DNA of 63,513 nucleotides, counting the filler. It is 9 parts of 9 records of this genome, joined end to end, with 100 filler letters (N's around TTAATTAATTAA, not from the genome) between each part and the next. Parts side by side here need not be neighbours in the genome. Positions count along the whole stretch, not along the records: positions 57,952 to 63,513 come from SRR31156797_73199; 8 more parts are not named here. One strand, given 5' to 3'. Below are positions 59,358 through 63,513 of this stretch, one piece after another (the first letter of the stretch is position 1; each line of letters opens with the position of its first letter). Under the pieces are notes generated by a model, which was not told where the DNA came from, did not search any database, and worked only from the letters and a program-made list of their open reading frames with translations. The position numbers and the translations under genes are program-made.

Positions 59358-59750
59358 CTACTGTGCCAGACGCTCCTTGCGGATGGTCTCAGTCTTGCTG
59401 AACTTGCACTTGGGACAGCGATCGGGGAAGTCGTTTCGCACGGCGCCTTTGCGGAACACCTCACCACATTCCTCGCACTTGATGGCCTCGGTCGCCGCCT
59501 CCTTGCCGCATTTCTCGCAAGGAAGATACGGTGCCGAGAGGCCGCCGGAGGCGGCGCTCTTGGCCGTAATGTCTTCGTAGTATTGTTTCTTGCCCATCTG
59601 ATAGGACGCCTTGCATTCCATGCAGATGACCCAGATCTGTTCGTCCTCGGAAATATCGTCCAAGCCTTTGCTTCCGCCTCCGGAAAAGATCAGGATTCCG
59701 GCCACGGCCAGACACAGAATGATGACGCCCGCATAGATCAGGTTCTTCAT
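59358..59750 (-). CDS. Membrane-anchored protein with four CxxC motifs
   Basis: N-terminal TM helix, then CMEC, CEKC, CEEC and CPKC. GGAG SD. Confidence 0.7.
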   Translation of the reverse strand: MKNLIYAGVIILCLAVAGILIFSGGGSKGLDDISEDEQIWVICMECKASYQMGKKQYYEDITAKSAASGGLSAPYLPCEKCGKEAATEAIKCEECGEVFRKGAVRNDFPDRCPKCKFSKTETIRKERLAQ

Positions 59751-59871
59751 AGCTCCAATCTCCCGAATCGAAACAGCATTCGCCTTCGTGCAGAACAGGC
59801 ACAGTTCTCGGCGCCGGACTTCCCGGTCACCTGTTGTCATGCCTGGAACATACCGCGTGCAGGGGAGGCTG

Positions 59872-60930
59872 TCAAATACTTGTTACCGCGCCCGATGGAT
59901 TCTGCGTCAGACGCAGGATGCGCGCCGGCTCCTCGGGGAACCCCGTGCGGGCGGACAGGTAGGCGGATTCGAATACGGCCATGTTCCCCAGATTCTCGGC
60001 GCCGCTGCTGAGCAACGGGTGGTCGTCGGGCGCGCGAACGCTCTGGGCGAAACTGGACAAGAGACGTACCATCGCGTCGTGGTGGCTCTCTTCGAATTCC
60101 CAGGTCTGGTCTTCGCCATCGGCGGTTGAGCGGATCGTCACCTGGGTGTCATCGACGGTCAGAATGGCTTGGCGGCCATAGATTTTCAGTGACGTCTCAC
60201 TCGGTCCGGTGTCGCGGCGTCGCGTCGCGACCACATTGCCCATCACGGCATCGGTGAACTTCATCGAGACCACGGCCGTGTCCTCGGTCAGGTACAGGCG
60301 CTGCTGTTTGTCCGGCGCCTGATTGGTAGCCAGCGCATAGACCTGTTGCGGGAGGGGAAAGTTCCAGAGAATCTGGTCAATGATCTGGTGACAGTCGTGC
60401 AGCAGGACACCGCCCCCGGCCAGCTTGGGGTCCGTGTACCAGGCGGGACGCTCACCGTTACTGATGCTGCAGCTGGCGGTGATCAGAAACACCTGCTGGA
60501 TCTGTTCGGTGGCGAGCAGGGCGTGGGCTTTCTGATAACTGGAAAGGAAGCGCGCCGGATTGGCGATGGCGAAGTGGACGTTTCCCGCTTCGGCCAGCCG
60601 CACGTACTCCAAGGTCTCTTCGAAGTCGCGCGCCGGCGGCGCCAGTTTCAATACGTTGAAGCGCTTCTTCAGGGCCGTCTTCAAGTGCTCGTCACACAGA
60701 TGAATATCGGCCGCCACGAACAGGCAATCGAGTTGGTTCTGCACGATCAACTGACGGTAGTCGGTATAGGGTTCACACTGGAGGTCGCGGGCGACCCGCT
60801 CGGCACGCTGCAGGTCCTGATCCGCCACCGCTTTAATCCGGACGTCGCGCGCGGCCTGGACGGCCTCGAGGAGGCACTGTCCCTCTCGGTCCAGCCCGAG
60901 AATGCCCGCTGTCAGGGTCTCTTCTGCCAT
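59872..60930 (-). CDS. Gfo/Idh/MocA family oxidoreductase-like protein
   Basis: Rossmann AGILGL, AGGGVLLHD and TEDTAVV. Confidence 0.85.
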   Translation of the reverse strand: MAEETLTAGILGLDREGQCLLEAVQAARDVRIKAVADQDLQRAERVARDLQCEPYTDYRQLIVQNQLDCLFVAADIHLCDEHLKTALKKRFNVLKLAPPARDFEETLEYVRLAEAGNVHFAIANPARFLSSYQKAHALLATEQIQQVFLITASCSISNGERPAWYTDPKLAGGGVLLHDCHQIIDQILWNFPLPQQVYALATNQAPDKQQRLYLTEDTAVVSMKFTDAVMGNVVATRRRDTGPSETSLKIYGRQAILTVDDTQVTIRSTADGEDQTWEFEESHHDAMVRLLSSFAQSVRAPDDHPLLSSGAENLGNMAVFESAYLSARTGFPEEPARILRLTQNPSGAVTSI

Positions 60931-61030
60931 AGGCTATGCTACGCGATGTTGACGTTGCAGGTTCATGCCAGTGTGACCGAGCCCGCCGCGGCCCCCGCGG
61001 GACCGGTTGATGCGGGGCAAAGTCGTGCGC

Positions 61031-61528
61031 CTAAAGCGACACGCCCTTGTTATCGTCCTCCGTCTTGTTGGCCATCGAGTAATCCGTGTCCTGACGGGTA
61101 TGATTGATCTCCAGCTTCTGTTCGTACAGCCGCACGACATCGTCGGCATCCAGCCCGACGCATTGCGCCAGGGACATCCAGAAGAACAGCATGTCGATCA
61201 CCTCGACGCGGGCATTCTGGAGGTTGTGGAGATAGAAGCGCTTGCCGTCTTTGGCCTCCTTACACCAGTGCTTCCAGAAGGTGCAGTCGCGCAACTCCTC
61301 GAGCTCGCTGCTCATCGCGGCCAGATAGTTGTTCAGCCACTCGCCGGCGACCTGGGGATCGAAGTTCTCGCGCAGGGCATGGGGATCGAACCCGGTGCGC
61401 TGGTTGAGCTCAGCCTGCCGATTGAACAATTCCTGCAACGGATTCGTCTGGCCCGGTGCGGAACCTTGCGGATGTAGAGACTCAACCTTGCGGCCGGTCT
61501 GTTTGGTATCAAGCGATTGCTCAGGCAT
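61031..61528 (-). CDS. Dimeric all-alpha dUTPase family (dUTPase_2)
   Basis: Q.ELN, ELEEL....WKHW, EVIDMLFF and YEQK...NHTRQ..Y. Confidence 0.8.
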   Translation of the reverse strand: MPEQSLDTKQTGRKVESLHPQGSAPGQTNPLQELFNRQAELNQRTGFDPHALRENFDPQVAGEWLNNYLAAMSSELEELRDCTFWKHWCKEAKDGKRFYLHNLQNARVEVIDMLFFWMSLAQCVGLDADDVVRLYEQKLEINHTRQDTDYSMANKTEDDNKGVSL

Positions 61529-62792
61529 TACCGTTGCTCCTGGGGATAATAAAGTGCTCCGGGACCGGGAACCGAGAGCACAGCAGCAGGACTTCCTTGC
61601 CGATCTGTGCGATCCGTGCTTCGTTATCGATGTTCTCGGTCACTTCGTGAATGAAAGTCGCGATCTGCTCGGCCTCCGGTTCTTTCATCCCTCGGGTGGT
61701 CACGGCCGGGGTTCCGAGACGCAGGCCACTGGGATTGAACGGGGGCGCCGGGTCGCCCGGCACGCTGTTGTAGTTCGTGACGATCCGGGCGCGGTCGAGG
61801 GCTCGAGCCAGCTTCTTGCCCGGGATGTCCTTCTTTCGCAGGTCGATCAGGATCAGGTGGTTATCGGTCCCGCCGGTCACCAGTTCGAAGCCATATTCGA
61901 GCAGCTTGTTGGCCAGTGCCTTGGCGTTCTTGACGATCTGCTCGGCGTAGGCGACGAACTCGGGCGTATCCGCCTCGGCCATGGCTACGGCGATGGCCGT
62001 CAGCGTGTGCATGTGGGGGCCGCCCTGAAGGCCCGGGAAGACCGCCTTGTCCACTTTCTTGGCGTGCTCTTCCTTACAGAGCAGCATGCCGCCGCGCGGG
62101 CCGCGGAGGGTCTTGTGCGTGGTGGTCGAGACCACGTCGGCATAGGGCACCGGGCTCTTGTGGATGCCGGCGACGACCAGGCCCGCAATGTGGGCAATGT
62201 CGCTGACGAGATAGGCGCCCACCTCCTTGGCGATCTCACCGAAGATCTCGAAGTCGATCATGCGGGGGTACGCCGTGGCGCCGCAGACGATGATCTGGGG
62301 CCGATGCTTCTTCGCCAGGTCACGAATCAGATCGAAGTCCAGTTGGCCGGTCTCCGTGTTGATCTGGTAGGGGACCGAATTGAAGAATTTGCTCGTCATG
62401 GAGACCTTCCAGCCGTGGGTCAGGTGACCGCCGTGATCGAGCGACATGCCCATGATCGTTTCGCCCGGCTTGATCAAGGCCGCATAGGCGGCCAGGTTGG
62501 CCACTGAGCCGGAGTACGGCTGAACGTTCGCGTGGTCGGCCCCGAAGAGCTTCTTGGCGCGATCCCGCGCGAGGTTTTCAATCAGATCGGTGACCTGCTG
62601 TCCCTCGTAGTAGCGCTTGCCCGGATAGCCTTCCGCATACTTGTTCGTCAGACAACTGGAGGTGGCCGTCATCACGGCCCGCGAGACGTAGTTCTCTGAC
62701 GGGATCAGTCGGATGGACCCGCTCTGACGGGCTTCTTCCTGCCGTATCAGCTCATAGATCTGGGGATCATACTGCTCAAGAGCTGTTTGCAT
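61521..62792 (-). CDS. glyA: Serine hydroxymethyltransferase
   Basis: LIPSENY, NKYAEGYPGKRYY, GGHLTHG, TTTHKTLRGPRGG and GLRLGTPAVTTRG. Start at ATG 62792 with a GGAG SD. Confidence 0.97.
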   Translation of the reverse strand: MQTALEQYDPQIYELIRQEEARQSGSIRLIPSENYVSRAVMTATSSCLTNKYAEGYPGKRYYEGQQVTDLIENLARDRAKKLFGADHANVQPYSGSVANLAAYAALIKPGETIMGMSLDHGGHLTHGWKVSMTSKFFNSVPYQINTETGQLDFDLIRDLAKKHRPQIIVCGATAYPRMIDFEIFGEIAKEVGAYLVSDIAHIAGLVVAGIHKSPVPYADVVSTTTHKTLRGPRGGMLLCKEEHAKKVDKAVFPGLQGGPHMHTLTAIAVAMAEADTPEFVAYAEQIVKNAKALANKLLEYGFELVTGGTDNHLILIDLRKKDIPGKKLARALDRARIVTNYNSVPGDPAPPFNPSGLRLGTPAVTTRGMKEPEAEQIATFIHEVTENIDNEARIAQIGKEVLLLCSRFPVPEHFIIPRSNGNA

Positions 62793-62908
62793 ACCGATTT
62801 CTCCATCAATTGGCATTTCCTGAGGATGATTTGGTGACTGGCTAAAGTCAGGTAACGATTCGGCCGTCCTTATAACACAACGTCCTTTTTGGTACAAGGA
62901 TTTATTCA

Positions 62909-62936
62909 TTGACAAAATCGAGCCGAATATTAAGAT
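62909..62936 (+). promoter_or_regulatory. Sigma70-like promoter
   Basis: TTGACA-N16-TAAGAT upstream of ATG 62980. Confidence 0.5.
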
Positions 62937-62979
62937 AGATTGTTTGGTCATCATTTAAGGTGATAATCCGCGTAGCCTT

Positions 62980-63513
62980 ATGTCCGAACCGGATGCGAGA
63001 GCACAGACGCAAGCCCAAGCCTGTTTCGAGCGCGCGCGCCAAGCCTCTGAGGCGGGTGATCTCGATCGCGCCATTGATGCATACCTTGATGGCCTCCGGC
63101 ACAGTCCCGATGCCGTGGAGAGCGGGCATATCGAGTTGCGCGTGCTGGCGCTGCGCCGGCAAGAACGAGGTGGGATCAAACCGACAGCCCAGGAGGCCAA
63201 CGAGTATCTGGCGAAAGGCGAGACGCCGCTCGAGAAGATGTTGAACGCCGAGTATCTCCTCGCGCGGGACCCGGAGCATCTGGCCTACGGAGAGGCACTG
63301 CTTCAGGCGGCAGCGGACGGCCAGTACCGCGAGACCGCCAAGTGGATCGCCGATCTGATGTTCCTGGCCAATAACAACGCCAAACGCCCCTCGGTGGCCG
63401 TCTATGTGCTGCTGAAGGATTGTTATGAAGGCGTCGGGCTGATCGAACGGGCGGCGGCGGCCTGCCAGCGGGCCGCACGGCTCAAGCCCGACGATTCGAC
63501 GCTGGTGGCGGAC
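62980..63513 (+). CDS. TPR-like helical protein, 3'-truncated
   Basis: Not in the ORF track because it has no stop. MSEPDARAQTQAQACFERARQASEAGDLDRAIDAYLDGL...RAARLKPDD is open to the window end. Confidence 0.75.
   Translation, partial: MSEPDARAQTQAQACFERARQASEAGDLDRAIDAYLDGLRHSPDAVESGHIELRVLALRRQERGGIKPTAQEANEYLAKGETPLEKMLNAEYLLARDPEHLAYGEALLQAAADGQYRETAKWIADLMFLANNNAKRPSVAVYVLLKDCYEGVGLIERAAAACQRAARLKPDDSTLVAD

Noticed and set aside
62793-62900. Riboswitch (ZTP, THF or glycine) upstream of glyA
   Set aside because: Expected from context, but I could not match the consensus elements by eye. An Rfam scan would settle it.
1-63513. CRISPR arrays, tRNAs, rRNAs, transposases
   Set aside because: None recognised by eye. 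tRNAscan-SE and CRISPR finders were not run.

Overview
The window is not one locus. It is nine unrelated contig fragments joined by 100-nt artificial linkers (N-run, TTAATTAATTAA, N-run), so gene neighbourhood means nothing across a linker. Taxonomic labels are impressions from gene content and composition. (1) 1-7889: phage/prophage recombination-replication module with a RecT C-terminus, a C5 DNA methyltransferase carrying a nested +1-frame ORF, an SNF2 helicase-N4/N6 methyltransferase fusion and a replication initiator with internal 11-bp-phased repeats. (2) 7990-17840: high-GC alphaproteobacterial-like DNA (hcp, RlmD-type methyltransferase, MaoC, sulfotransferase, radical SAM, GlxA regulator/methyltransferase pair, IlvD family). 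(3) 17941-26803: planctomycete-like DNA (TPR/HEAT protein, PhoBR-like pair, two CNNM/CorC proteins). (4) 26904-33427: defence island with a phosphorothioation-associated putative methyltransferase, a perfect 13-bp palindrome, a CapW/BrxR-like WYL regulator, then DUF4007 (SspB-like), a large ATPase (SspC-like) and a PAPS-reductase-family gene (SspD-like). (5) 33528-38844: acyl-CoA ligase, cNMP-CBS-DUF294 nucleotidyltransferase plus DEDDh exonuclease, BCCT transporter, etfA. (6) 38945-46546: nonulosonic-acid/surface glycan cluster. (7) 46647-52277: iorAB, CoA ligase, crotonase, NUDIX, a small inverted-repeat element and a YWTD protein. (8) 52378-57851: corrinoid ABC importer with a BtuF-CbiZ fusion. 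(9) 57952-63513: planctomycete-like DNA with glyA, a dimeric dUTPase and an M48 peptidase. Best leads: the WYL-controlled Ssp-type phosphorothioation island with a candidate operator, the dual-frame split C5 methyltransferase in the phage, and the exported BtuF-CbiZ fusion. No rRNA, tRNA or CRISPR array was recognised. All family calls come from motif recognition by eye; no database searches were run.
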